The notes below the pieces were generated by a model. That model had not been told where the DNA came from. It did not search any database and saw only the letters and a program-made list of their open reading frames with translations. Positions 40,094 to 54,132 of a DNA stretch of 64,000 nucleotides are shown piece after piece. Origin of the DNA: Synechococcus sp. (GTDB taxonomy: Bacteria; Cyanobacteriota; Cyanobacteriia; PCC-6307; Cyanobiaceae); the NCBI GenBank assembly GCA_047285305.1, contig JBJBDL010000003.1, positions 704,001 to 768,000 of the forward strand, in the 5' to 3' direction. How positions within the stretch are numbered: position 1 is the stretch's first letter; the number at the start of each line of letters is the position of its first letter. The translations under genes and the position numbers were made by a program.

Positions 40094-40890
40094 CTTTGGT
40101 GCTCAGTGACGATCAACTGGGCGCTGTTCATCTGTTGCTGGATCGCATTCGTGCTCGTCAGCTTCAGGACTTTGGTCAGATCGGCTCTGACGTAAAGCCC
40201 GATGGCTCCTTAATTACGGACTGCGATCGCTGGAGTGATGCAGCTCTGGTCGAGGGCTTGGCCAGCATCGCCCCCGGTGAAGGGGTCCTCAGTGAGGAAG
40301 GATCGAAAACAGTTCCGAACACGCGGGCCTACTGGGTTGTGGATCCCCTGGACGGGACCACAAACTTCGCGGCGGGCATTCCCTATTGGGCGATTTCCGT
40401 GGCCCGGTTCGTCGATGGCCGTCCCAGTGAGGTGTTTCTGGATGTGCCAGCGCACAACCAACGCTTTGTCGCTTTGCGTGGTCGCGGTGCCACCCGAAAC
40501 AATCAGCCGTTGACCTCGGAGACCCGAGCTTTGGCCACCAGTGCTTGCGTATCTCTCTGCAGCCGCTCGATTCGTGTGCTTCAGCGCAAGCCTGATCAGC
40601 GCTTCCCCGGAAAGATCCGTCTACTTGGTGTCGCCAGCCTCAATTTGGTGAGTGTTGCAATGGGGCAGACCATCGCTTCACTGGAAGCCACCCCCAAGAT
40701 TTGGGATTTGGCGGCGGCTTGGTTGGTGCTTGATGAACTGGGCTGTCCGATTCGCTGGTTGGATGCAGATCCTGCGCAGCTCTCTCCTGGAGAAGACTTG
40801 GCTGACCGCGGATTCCCCATGTTGGCGGCTGGTTCATGGGCTCATTTGGCGCGTTTCCTCCCTTGGGGAGAGGCTTTGGTTCAGTTCTGA
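40087..40890 (+). CDS. Inositol monophosphatase family protein
   Basis: 'WVVDPLDGTTNF', 'KIWDLAAA'. Confidence 0.9.
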   Translation: MVTLVLSDDQLGAVHLLLDRIRARQLQDFGQIGSDVKPDGSLITDCDRWSDAALVEGLASIAPGEGVLSEEGSKTVPNTRAYWVVDPLDGTTNFAAGIPYWAISVARFVDGRPSEVFLDVPAHNQRFVALRGRGATRNNQPLTSETRALATSACVSLCSRSIRVLQRKPDQRFPGKIRLLGVASLNLVSVAMGQTIASLEATPKIWDLAAAWLVLDELGCPIRWLDADPAQLSPGEDLADRGFPMLAAGSWAHLARFLPWGEALVQF

Positions 40891-41122
40891 AGGGTCTCTA
40901 TTGAGACAGCGGGGGATGCGGTGTTATGGTTTTGTCTTGCGCGGGAGCCGAGAGGCAAGCGCGCAAGCCGAAGCGCTTGAGGCGAAAGTCTTGATGTGTC
41001 TGAGGCGGCTTACATGGCCAGGAGGGAGCGATCCCACGGTGTTGTAAGTTCTTTAAGCGGTCGCGAGAGGCCGCGATGACCAACCAACCGATCTCCTGAG
41101 AGGGAGTGAGGAATAGTTCGGT

Positions 41123-41154
41123 CGCACCTGGACAACTGAAAAGTTTAGGAACTG
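41123..41154 (+). promoter_or_regulatory. rrn leader boxA-like element and 16S processing stem
   Basis: GCACCTGGACAAC boxA-like; AAAGTTTAGGAACTG complementary to CAGTTCCTAAACTTT in the ITS (~43118-43132). Confidence 0.7.
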
Positions 41155-41496
41155 ACGCTTTCATCGCGTTTGGTTCCGAGCCGAACCGAGAGGTGAGGTG
41201 AGGGGCTAAATGAAAGAGCGATGAAGGTGTGAGGTCCCGTCAAAAATTTCGTTGCGAAGAAGCAATTCGCTGCAACGAGAGGGTTTTCACGAGCTCTCTT
41301 GTTGCCGGTGTGCGAATTGTGGAGCAACAACCGGATCTGAGATCCCGGAAAGTCATTGACAGAGAAATCTAGAGATGCACTCTTAAGAACCCTTTTGTGT
41401 CAGCGAAAGGAGGCCTCAACTGTTGCCAGTTTTGACTGAGTAATGGGTGACGCAAATCATTTTGAGGAAGCGAAAGTTTCCAAGAGGAAATGATCT

Positions 41497-42982
<1,486 letters not shown>

Positions 42983-43166
42983 CAGGGAGACAACACAATG
43001 ATTTTGATGCCTGAGTGCTTTTATTCTTAGGCCGAAATCCTGTCACCTTAGGTCGATCGGTACCTCAGCTTTGAAGTCAAGGATCAGCTCCAATGTTGAT
43101 TGCTTGATGGAGATTTTCAGTTCCTAAACTTTGTCTAGGTCACACCCCAAAAGGGATGAGACTCCT

Positions 43167-43240
<74 letters not shown>

Positions 43241-43249
43241 TTCGGTGTT

Positions 43250-43322
43250 GGGGGTTTAGCTCAGTTGGTAGAGCGCCTGCTTTGCAAGCAGGATGTCAGG
43301 AGTTCGAGTCTCCTAACCTCCA
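43250..43322 (+). tRNA. trnA: tRNA-Ala(TGC)
   Basis: Cloverleaf with TT-TGC-AA anticodon loop, G3-U70 pair. Confidence 0.97.
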
Positions 43323-43755
43323 CTGACCGAACTTGATTCCCATCTCCAATTTTTTGGAGTTGAGCTCGATTGGAGTGTGATTTAGATGTGTCCGCTGGAT
43401 GACCCCAGCTTCCTGTCATTCCAAGTTTTAGGTTAAAGCCTTAATTTGGTTGATAAGATGCTGGGCTCGGATCAAATAATCAAGCAATTGGTGATTTGAT
43501 TTGAAGTTCTGGCAGAACCTTGACAACTGCATAGGTGAGTCTGGAAAAAACAAAGCATCTTACAGATGCATTGTTTTGAATCTGATCTTCTGAAAGGGAG
43601 ATTAGATCTAGAACAATGAAAATTCTTTTGAGCAAGAGCCGAGACTCTTGAACGTTCTTTGATTCGTGTCGAGCGAATCAGAGTTTGATCTTGTTTTTAG
43701 CAATAAAAACTTGAGAATCTGCTTTCAACGGCGGTAAGCGTTCAGGAGGTTAATT

Positions 43756-46621
<2,866 letters not shown>

Positions 46622-46732
46622 AACATTTTGGTTCTTGCCTGAAGACTCATTTCTTTGTTTGATTCAGACGTGCAGCATTCGCTGCAGATCCTATGCAGTT
46701 CTCAGGGTTCATCCCTTGGGAATGTTTATCTA

Positions 46733-46849
46733 TCCTGGTGTCCATGGCGGTGTGGTCCCACTCCGATCCATCCCGAACTCGGTTGTGAAACGCATCAGCG
46801 GCGACGATATTTGGGGGGTAGCCCCCTGAGAAAATAGCTCGATGCCAGG
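46733..46849 (+). rRNA. rrf: 5S rRNA
   Basis: TCCTGGTG...TGCCAGG; CCATCCCGAACTC. Confidence 0.97.
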
Positions 46850-46917
46850 TAAAACATTCTCTGAATAGGTTGATGATGCGCTGATTGCTGAAGCAATCAC
46901 CATCACCACCCACGAAG

Positions 46918-46946
46918 AAGCCACCTCATCTCGAGGTGGCTTTTTT
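46918..46946 (+). terminator. rrn operon terminator
   Basis: AAGCCACCTC-ATCTC-GAGGTGGCTT followed by T run. Confidence 0.9.
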
Positions 46947-46968
46947 GTTGTAAGGTTTTAGCAGTCTT

Positions 46969-47913
46969 TTGCGCTCATCTGTGCCAAGACGTTCACTTCT
47001 TAGACGTTTAAGTGGCCAGATTTGGAAGGCTTGTCAGCGTTGGAATAATGCTGAGTGTGTTGATTTAAGTGCTGCTTTTGCGTATTTCGTTCTTCAGTCG
47101 TTCTTTCCACTTCTTCTGATTGCGCTGTCTGTTGCTGCCAGGGTGTTTGGCAAAACTGATAGTGTGGATAATGTGTTGGCCGCGGTGACGCAGGTCTTGC
47201 CGCCGTCAGCAACCAGTCTCGTAGATTCCACCTTGCGTGGGCTGGTGGATCAAGGCTTTGGTGCTGGAATCCTCGGCGTTGTTGTTTTGCTTCTTACGGC
47301 GAGTAATGCTTATTTAACGCTCCAGCGTGGAGCTGATCGGTTGTGGTCCGAGATTCTGCCCGAGCCATCAATCGGTTTGTCTTGGTGGCAACAGGTTGGG
47401 CAGTTTTGTAGAACGCGCGTTGAAGCCTTCCTGACGGTTTTTGCCATATCCGTTTTGATTGTTTTCCAGCAGTTGGTGCTCAGCATCGGGCAGCTCCCTG
47501 AGGACATTCTTGGTTTATTGGATGGCGTTGTTCCTGGTTTGATGGGGATTGTGCGCTCCAGTCCCATTCTTCCTCTCGGGCGGATCCTTGTTCCCGCGTT
47601 GATCTTGTCCTTGATGGCCTGGTTGCTTCAGGTGGTGTTGCCTAGCCGTCGTGTTCCTGTAATGCCCCTCATTCCTGGCTCGTTGTTGATTGGATTCGGC
47701 CTCGCTTTTCTTAATAAAATTCTGAGTTTGAGTATCGTTTCTTTGGGTAATCGCTACCAGGCCTACGGCGTTATTGGTGGTGTTTTGGTGTTAACGCTTT
47801 GGGTTTGGTTGGTGGGTGTGATTCTTTATTTTGGTCAGTGTTTAAGCGTGGAATTGTCCGCAGTTCGTTTTGAGAAACCTCGGCTCGGGGAACCGAACAG
47901 CGCGGCGCCTTGA
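46969..47913 (+). CDS. YihY/BrkB family membrane protein
   Basis: 'SAAFAYF.LQSFFPLL', 'YQAYGVIGGVLVLTLWVW'; start uncertain. Confidence 0.85.
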   Translation: MRSSVPRRSLLRRLSGQIWKACQRWNNAECVDLSAAFAYFVLQSFFPLLLIALSVAARVFGKTDSVDNVLAAVTQVLPPSATSLVDSTLRGLVDQGFGAGILGVVVLLLTASNAYLTLQRGADRLWSEILPEPSIGLSWWQQVGQFCRTRVEAFLTVFAISVLIVFQQLVLSIGQLPEDILGLLDGVVPGLMGIVRSSPILPLGRILVPALILSLMAWLLQVVLPSRRVPVMPLIPGSLLIGFGLAFLNKILSLSIVSLGNRYQAYGVIGGVLVLTLWVWLVGVILYFGQCLSVELSAVRFEKPRLGEPNSAAP

Positions 47914-47966
47914 ACTTTGATTCAACTCTGCGAAGCTGATTCAACGGACCTTTTCCGTTGAACCCC

Positions 47967-48317
47967 ATGAATCGACCGCCAGCAGTGTTGTGGATTGGAG
48001 TTGTGTTGCTACTGCTGCTGCCAACCGCTGCCGGTCGTCTCTTGCTTGATCTCGCCGGTGGTGTGTTGCTGGCTCTTTTGGCGCTTCCTTTGATCCTTTC
48101 CGGTCTTGGTTGGATTGGTTGGAAGCTTTTGCAGTCTCGGATGATCAGTTGTACTGCCTGCGGTGCCACTGGTCTGAAGGGGGCTGCAGTCTGTAACGTC
48201 TGTGGGACTCCCTACGCCAGTGCGGGAGGCAGCCCGGCCAGTGCAGGAGCCCCGTCTGCGCCTGCCAGTGATCTCACCATTGACGTAGTGGCTCAGGATG
48301 TGGATTCCGATTCCTGA
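47967..48317 (+). CDS. Membrane protein with CxxC...CxxC zinc-ribbon-like motif
   Basis: 2 TM; 'CTACG...CNVCG'; 'TIDV' tail. Confidence 0.75.
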   Translation: MNRPPAVLWIGVVLLLLLPTAAGRLLLDLAGGVLLALLALPLILSGLGWIGWKLLQSRMISCTACGATGLKGAAVCNVCGTPYASAGGSPASAGAPSAPASDLTIDVVAQDVDSDS

Positions 48318-48646
48318 GCCTGAAGCTGTCGTTCCCGCAGGAACAAGAAAAACGGAGCAGCGCAGGCAAAGGCCACACCGAAGCTCAAGGGGATGGCCAG
48401 CCACCAGCCTTTGATCTTCTGACGTGGTCCTTCCACACATATCCACAGCGTGACGGCACTGGCACCCACCAGCAGATCAGCGCTTAAGGAGCGTGACGCG
48501 GCTGTGCTACTGGCATCAGAGATGAATCGCGCCAGATCGAAGGCTTGTCCACCGCTTTCGGCGATGAATTCCAGGTTGGCCTTCCAGGGCAGGATCGCTC
48601 CCAGCAGAGCAAGAAGCAGATAGATCCAAGGCAGGGCTTTACGCAT
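48293..48646 (-). CDS. DUF2834 membrane protein
   Basis: 'LGAILPW.AN', 'AFACAAPFFLFLRER'. Confidence 0.8.
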   Translation of the reverse strand: MRKALPWIYLLLALLGAILPWKANLEFIAESGGQAFDLARFISDASSTAASRSLSADLLVGASAVTLWICVEGPRQKIKGWWLAIPLSFGVAFACAAPFFLFLRERQLQAQESESTS

Positions 48647-48908
48647 CGGTTGTGGCTTTGAGAGTTGTGGGATCGAGTTCGACAATCGACTGCTCCACAC
48701 TGTCGAGCAGGCTCTGGCACCGATTCAGATACACCTCGCCATGGAGCACTTTTTGCTGCAAGTCCGCCAACGGGACACTGTCGTTCTGTAGTTCAGCAAG
48801 CAGCAAATCCAGAGCATGCATGGCTTCTTCGTAGCTCAGTGCCTCGGCATCCTTTCGCCACGCTTCGATGCGATCACGGTGCTCTTTATTGACTTGGCGC
48901 TTGCTCAT
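48639..48908 (-). CDS. xseB: Exodeoxyribonuclease VII small subunit
   Basis: 'LSYEEAM..LD..LAELQ...VPL'; coupled to xseA. Confidence 0.9.
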   Translation of the reverse strand: MSKRQVNKEHRDRIEAWRKDAEALSYEEAMHALDLLLAELQNDSVPLADLQQKVLHGEVYLNRCQSLLDSVEQSIVELDPTTLKATTDA

Positions 48909-50071
48909 CAGGAGGAGGTGTTGGGTGCACTGTGCTGGATCTGATCGACCCGGGCTTCAAGGCTTCCTTCGCTCATTCGAATGTTGAGCTGATCACCGAT
49001 CTTGACGGATTCCAGGTTTGAAATGGGATCGCCGGCGTTGTTGCTGATCAGGGCCAAGCCGCGTTTCAGCCAACGTTCCGGTGATAGTGCCTTGAGCAAT
49101 TGGTGCCTTTGAGCCAGTGCCTGGCGTTGGCGTTTGATCTTCTCCAGTGGAGACTGTTGTTGAAGAGCAACGTCCAGATTCTGGAGGCGCTGACGCTCGC
49201 GGAGGATTCTCCCCAGCAGCGCGTCCTTCAATCGGCTTTGCCGTTGAGCAAGTCCCTGGCTTTCTGCCTCGCGGTCGGGCAGCAGTGCCACGATCGCCGC
49301 CGTGGGCGTGGCTGCACGATGGTCTGCCACCAGATCGGCGACGGTGAGATCATCCTCATGCCCCAGGCCTGTCACCACCGGTATGGGGTAGCGGGCCAGG
49401 AGGCGGCAAAGCGCCTCGTTGTCGAACACCGCTAAGTCTTCCCGGCTGCCACCGCCGCGGGCGAGCACCAAAGCTTGAAGTCCCAGCTCGGCAGCGCGTT
49501 CGGCCAAGGCTTCCAGTGTGCTGATAATCGTCGGGGCCACGGAACCCTGTACCGGAATCGGCACCACGATCAGCTGCGTCATAGGCCAGCGTTCCGCCGC
49601 GGTGCGGAGCATGTCGGCCAGGGCGGAACTGGGCACGCTGGTGAGCACTGCGATCGAGGCGGGTTGGCTCGGAAGCGGCCTCTGATGGCTTGGGTCGATC
49701 ACCCCCTCCTCTTCCAGCAGTTGCCGCACCCGTTCAAAGTCGCGCAGCACCGTGCTGAGGCTGGGGCGGATGTCCAGCGCCTGAACGGTGAGGCTGGCTC
49801 GTGCTGCCCAGAAATTGAGCTTGCCCACCACGGTGACGCCGTCACCGTCTTTGGGTTGATAGCTCAATTGGGCCAGCTTCGAAGCCCACACAACACCAGA
49901 AATGCTGGTGGAACCGTCGGTGAGGGTGAGCCAGAGGTGGCCCTTTTTGAGTTGTGGCCGGGAGACAGTGGCTTCCAGTAAAAAACGCGGGGCAAAGCCG
50001 CGTTCCAGCAGGCTTCCGATGGCTGTGTTCAGCTCAGCAACGGAATAGGTCGGAAGACGATCAACGCTCAA
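48908..50071 (-). CDS. xseA: Exodeoxyribonuclease VII large subunit
   Basis: 'YSVAELN', 'ARGGGSREDL', 'GHEDD', 'ATPTAA'; TTG start assumed. Confidence 0.95.
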   Translation of the reverse strand: MSVDRLPTYSVAELNTAIGSLLERGFAPRFLLEATVSRPQLKKGHLWLTLTDGSTSISGVVWASKLAQLSYQPKDGDGVTVVGKLNFWAARASLTVQALDIRPSLSTVLRDFERVRQLLEEEGVIDPSHQRPLPSQPASIAVLTSVPSSALADMLRTAAERWPMTQLIVVPIPVQGSVAPTIISTLEALAERAAELGLQALVLARGGGSREDLAVFDNEALCRLLARYPIPVVTGLGHEDDLTVADLVADHRAATPTAAIVALLPDREAESQGLAQRQSRLKDALLGRILRERQRLQNLDVALQQQSPLEKIKRQRQALAQRHQLLKALSPERWLKRGLALISNNAGDPISNLESVKIGDQLNIRMSEGSLEARVDQIQHSAPNTSS

Positions 50072-50264
50072 GGCGGCTGTAGGCGTAACCCCAGTAGATG
50101 CAGACAACTGCGGAGATGCTTGTTAGCAAAACGCCCCAGTGCTGGTGGATTTGGGTGGCACCAATCGTGCAGATCACCAAGGCGCTGCTGAGCAGCCTTG
50201 ATCCATCACGTCTGTTCTGAACGTAAAGCGGTGCCAACGACTGCCTCGGTGGAATCCTCCCCAC
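50061..50264 (-). CDS. Small membrane hypothetical protein
   Basis: 67 aa, 2 TM, 'NRRDGSRLLSS...YWGYAY'; co-directional with xseA. Confidence 0.6.
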   Translation of the reverse strand: MGRIPPRQSLAPLYVQNRRDGSRLLSSALVICTIGATQIHQHWGVLLTSISAVVCIYWGYAYSRLER

Positions 50265-50299
50265 TGTGCTGCATCAGCCGTGGCTGGTGGAGAGGCAAT

Positions 50300-50326
50300 A
50301 AAAAACCCCCGGCGAGCCGAGGGGTT
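50300..50326 (-). terminator. Terminator after hli
   Basis: Minus strand AACCCCTCGGC-TC-GCCGGGGGTT followed by T run. Confidence 0.8.
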
Positions 50327-50348
50327 CTGTGAATCCGCGGAGCGGAAA

Positions 50349-50489
50349 TCAGCCGAGGCCGATCTGGGACAGAATGCCCTGGCCGGTCAGGAGCTCGGTG
50401 CCGAGGCCGATCACGATGCCCAGCATGGCCAGACGACCGTTCCAGGTTTCAGCGAAGTTGACGAAGCCGAAGCGTGCGTTGTCAGACAT
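50349..50489 (-). CDS. hli: High-light-inducible protein (46 aa)
   Basis: MSDNARFGFVNFAETWNGRLAMLG...ELLTGQGIL; ExxNxR chlorophyll-binding motif. Confidence 0.95.
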   Translation of the reverse strand: MSDNARFGFVNFAETWNGRLAMLGIVIGLGTELLTGQGILSQIGLG

Positions 50490-50577
50490 GGGTGTGAACC
50501 AGTTGGTTTGGTGCAAATGTAACAAAGGTTGGAGTTTTGTTGAGTGTGTTAACGGCTACGCGCCGGGCTTTTTCTGG

Positions 50578-53082
50578 TCAGGGCTGCTGGCCATTTGATT
50601 TGCGCTTGGTCCGGGCCGTCGCCAGCGCCTGGCGGGGGTCTTCGGGCCAGGGATGCTTGGGGTAGCGCCCTCGCATTTCCCTGCGCACCTCCCGGTAGCT
50701 GCCTTCCCAGAAGCCTTTGAGAGCGCGGGTGCGTTGCAGGGGGCGTCCGGCTGGTGAGAGCAGCTCCAGCGTGACGGGGATACGGCCATTTAGCACGTGG
50801 GGGCCGTCGTCAGATCCGAACATCTCCTGCAGTTTCACGGCGAGGATCACCTCGTCGGCGGTGTAAAGCAACGTGGCTTGCCGGCCGGAGGGGATCGGGA
50901 TGCGGCGCGGGAGCAGGTCATCCAGCTGTTGCCTGAAGCTCCAATCCAGATCGCCCCAGAGTGCTTCTTCCAAGGCTGTCGCGCTGATATCGCTCCAGCT
51001 CAGGCAGCCCTCCAGGCTTGGACCAAGCCAGGTGTCAGCCTGCTCCAGCAGTGTTGTCAGATCGCGATCAGGCCAGGGGACGCCCACCTGTTGGTGCATC
51101 CATGCCAGCCGTTGGCGCAGCTGATCGCTGCTGTCCGTCCAGGGCAGGACATCAAGGCTGGCATTCTTCTTCAGCTGCTCGATCAGCAGGGTGCGGCACA
51201 GCGCTGCGGCTGGCGAAGGTTGTGGCGTTCGGTGCACCACCAATGCCCCCAGTTTGAGCTGGCGTTCGGCACGGACCCGCTGGCGTTCGGGATCCCAGCT
51301 GGCCTCGTCCTGCCAGTGACCGTCCCGCTCAGCGATGCTCTCCAGGGTGCCTTTGCTCAGGGCCACGGCCATCTGGATCCGCGTGTCACGGCCGCCCATG
51401 TCGACCCTGGCGACGGCTAGGGCTGGACTGCCCTGGAGCGGATCCCAGGGCGGCAGGGTTGCTCCGCGGCCCTGACGCAGCTGATAGCGACCGACCTGGC
51501 CTGGACGCTGTTGCGCTAGCCATTCCGGAAAGGCCGCCAGGATCAGATTGCCAGCATTGACGGAAGCATCTCGCTCTTGGGGTGAGGCACCCAGTCGCTG
51601 CAGCTGGCGGCGAAGTTGCTGGCTGAGCTTTCCTAGGGATGGATGGCGCTGGATGCTGTTGAGTCGAGCTTCGAGATCGCTGCCGATCTGGCGGCGATCG
51701 AAGGGATCCCGTTCGCTGAGGATGGCCGCCAGATCACAGCCCAGCTGGGGGACGCCCTGTTCGTGGGCCTCCACCAGCAGCATGCCGAGACGAGGGTGAA
51801 CGCCGAGGCCGCCGATCAGCCGTCCCCGCTCGCTGATCCGGCCGTCGTGCTTCAGCAGGCCGAGCTGTTGCAGGTCGTGCTGTCCTTCCTGCATGGCTGC
51901 TGAGGGGGGAGGGTCCAGCCACGGCAGCTCTTCCCCCAGCCCAGCCCCCCACTGGGCCAGTTCCATCAGCACGGGCTGGGGATCTGCCAGCAGCAGTTCA
52001 GGGGGGTGAAAGGGGGGGCGCCGCTGTTGCTCTGCTGGTGACCAGAGGCGGATGCAGCGGCCCGGGCATTGCCGGCCTGCCCGGCCCCGGCGCTGCTCTG
52101 CACTGGCCAGGCTGGAGGCGGTGGTCTCCAGGCCCTCCATGCGGGTGTTTGGGTTGTAACGCAGTTGACGGCTGAGGCCGCTGTCAATCACCAGGCGCAC
52201 CCCATCAATCGTGAGGGAGCTCTCGGCAATGGCGCTGGCCAGGATGATGCTGCCGTCCTGGTTGGTGTCGCAACGCTGCAGGGCTGAACTCTGCTGCTGC
52301 AGGGGCAGTTGACCATGCAGCGCCTGAATCTTCCAGTTCTGCAGGGAAGGGGCGGCCGTCAGGGTCTGCCTGCAGCGTTCAATCTCCGACAGCCCCGGCA
52401 GGAAGACCAGAACACCGCTGCCCTGCGGTTGGTCGAGGGCATGTCGCTCGATGGCGCGCAGCACCTGATTCGGCAGGGGTTCGTCCGGCCGTGCTGGTTG
52501 GTGGTGGGTGTCCACCGGGTAACAGCGGCCAGGGCTTTCCAGCACCGTCGCTTCTGGCAGCCGTTCTCTCAGATCGGATAGATCCAGCGTGGCTGACATC
52601 AAGATCACGGCCAGATCTGGATTCAGCAGAGGCCTGGCCTCGCGCAGCAAGGCGAGGGATAGGTCCGCATCACGCCTCCGCTCATGGAATTCGTCGAAGA
52701 TCACGCACCCCACCCCATTTAGCGAGGGGTCGTTCTGCAAGCGCCGCAGGAAGAGGCCGTCGGTGATCACCTCCACCTGGGTGCGATCGGATCGCTTCTG
52801 TTCCCCGCGCACGGAATAACCGATGCGCGCACCGATGTCTTCTCCAAGGCTCGCGGCAAGGCGGGCGGCGGCAGCTTTGGTGGCCAGCCGCCGCGGCTCG
52901 ATCATCCAGATTTTCTGCTGGTCTTCAAGAACGCCCTGGCCTTCCGTCAGGGCTCCGATCAGCGCCAGGGGCACCCGTGTGGTCTTGCCCGCCCCGGGCG
53001 GTGCCTGAATCAGAACCGTTTCCCCTGGGCGGACCGCAGAACAGATCTGCTCCAGCAGGGCGTCGATCGGGAACTGGCTCAA
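50578..53082 (-). CDS. hrpB: ATP-dependent RNA helicase HrpB
   Basis: 'APPGAGKTT', 'DEFHER', 'MSAT', 'QRRGRAGR', 'GRYPKHPWP'. Confidence 0.95.
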   Translation of the reverse strand: MSQFPIDALLEQICSAVRPGETVLIQAPPGAGKTTRVPLALIGALTEGQGVLEDQQKIWMIEPRRLATKAAAARLAASLGEDIGARIGYSVRGEQKRSDRTQVEVITDGLFLRRLQNDPSLNGVGCVIFDEFHERRRDADLSLALLREARPLLNPDLAVILMSATLDLSDLRERLPEATVLESPGRCYPVDTHHQPARPDEPLPNQVLRAIERHALDQPQGSGVLVFLPGLSEIERCRQTLTAAPSLQNWKIQALHGQLPLQQQSSALQRCDTNQDGSIILASAIAESSLTIDGVRLVIDSGLSRQLRYNPNTRMEGLETTASSLASAEQRRGRAGRQCPGRCIRLWSPAEQQRRPPFHPPELLLADPQPVLMELAQWGAGLGEELPWLDPPPSAAMQEGQHDLQQLGLLKHDGRISERGRLIGGLGVHPRLGMLLVEAHEQGVPQLGCDLAAILSERDPFDRRQIGSDLEARLNSIQRHPSLGKLSQQLRRQLQRLGASPQERDASVNAGNLILAAFPEWLAQQRPGQVGRYQLRQGRGATLPPWDPLQGSPALAVARVDMGGRDTRIQMAVALSKGTLESIAERDGHWQDEASWDPERQRVRAERQLKLGALVVHRTPQPSPAAALCRTLLIEQLKKNASLDVLPWTDSSDQLRQRLAWMHQQVGVPWPDRDLTTLLEQADTWLGPSLEGCLSWSDISATALEEALWGDLDWSFRQQLDDLLPRRIPIPSGRQATLLYTADEVILAVKLQEMFGSDDGPHVLNGRIPVTLELLSPAGRPLQRTRALKGFWEGSYREVRREMRGRYPKHPWPEDPRQALATARTKRKSNGQQP

Positions 53083-53101
53083 AGCGGTGTTGCCGCTCGC
53101 T

Positions 53102-53206
53102 TCACGGGACGAGATTCATCAGACCGAGCAGCACCAGGCTGCTGATGGCGCCGACGGCAGCCAACAGCCGCACAAGCGGGCCGATGGAAACAACAAGGGA
53201 GGCCAT
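53102..53206 (-). CDS. 34-aa hydrophobic sORF
   Basis: MASLVVSIGPLVRLLAAVGAISSLVLLGLMNLVP*; ATG 53206, TGA 53102. Confidence 0.4.
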   Translation of the reverse strand: MASLVVSIGPLVRLLAAVGAISSLVLLGLMNLVP

Positions 53207-53304
53207 GAAGATTTTCTTAAAGGCCGGATTGATTCCGGTCTAGCCCCCTTGTTTGCTGCGTTGCTGCATTCATTCGCACGCCTTTACACAAACCCTGTGC
53301 TGGA

Positions 53305-53688
53305 TCAGCGCACGTGGCGAGTCCCATCCACGGGGTGGTACTCCTCGCCGGTGAGCTCCTCAAACACGATGGCCGGGAGCCCGGTCTCGAACATGGTCTG
53401 CAGGGCTTCCTTGAGATAAGGGTTCCAGCCTCCGGTGCTTACCTGGCCGTGGCGGACGGTCCAGTCCCAGGTGCCCTGAAGGTCGCGGGGGATCCGGCCT
53501 TCCCTGTCACGACGGGCCACCAGATCAAGAGATTCCACAAGTCCCACGGTGATGGGGTCCTTGCCGTAGGCCGGAGTCAGGCTCAATTCCAGGCGAACCG
53601 GATCTTCTTTCATCAGCCGAAGCCGAAACCGCGGGGGCAGCTTGAGGCCTTTGATGACCGCGGCAACGATGCGTGTTCTCTGATCCAC
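53305..53688 (-). CDS. Conserved hypothetical protein
   Basis: 127 aa with clean GC3-rich codon usage; co-directional with the DUF2973 gene. Confidence 0.75.
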   Translation of the reverse strand: MDQRTRIVAAVIKGLKLPPRFRLRLMKEDPVRLELSLTPAYGKDPITVGLVESLDLVARRDREGRIPRDLQGTWDWTVRHGQVSTGGWNPYLKEALQTMFETGLPAIVFEELTGEEYHPVDGTRHVR

Positions 53689-53721
53689 TCAGGCGACCCC
53701 TGTCGACTCCAAGCGCCTAAT

Positions 53722-53994
53722 TTATTCAGTGCCGGGTCCAGCGGCCGTCGAGGCTTCGTCATCGTCACCGCTAAAGCGCACCGTCAACAGGGCCTCTTCC
53801 GTGATGCGTCCCTCGCTGTCCAGTAGTTCTGGGTGGACTGTGACCTGGCCTGTGCGGTCTTTCGGAGCGTTGCTGGGCGTGCTGTTTATCGGACCGCTGG
53901 CAGCGCGGAAGCCCTTGCTCATCACGCGGAAGGCTTGCCACAAAAGGCCCACGAACAGCGCTCCGTAGATGAGTGGAAACAGCGAACCGAGCAT
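53722..53994 (-). CDS. DUF2973 family protein
   Basis: N-terminal TM and 'VHPELLDSEG' signature. Confidence 0.8.
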   Translation of the reverse strand: MLGSLFPLIYGALFVGLLWQAFRVMSKGFRAASGPINSTPSNAPKDRTGQVTVHPELLDSEGRITEEALLTVRFSGDDDEASTAAGPGTE

Positions 53995-54132
53995 GACCCT
54001 CCGACCCAGCTGAATGTCTTCAACCTCACGCTATCGGGGCCCCGGTCGCATGTGGTCATAGTTTTGACATGGAATGTGGCTGTTTTTAGATCTGCTCTGC
54101 GTAGCGTCGAGGCAGCCGATCGCCCTGAAGCT

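Noticed and set aside
53833..54132. 100-aa N-terminal extension of HtrA
   Set aside because: Overlaps the opposite-strand DUF2973 gene; the signal/TM segment begins after 54133
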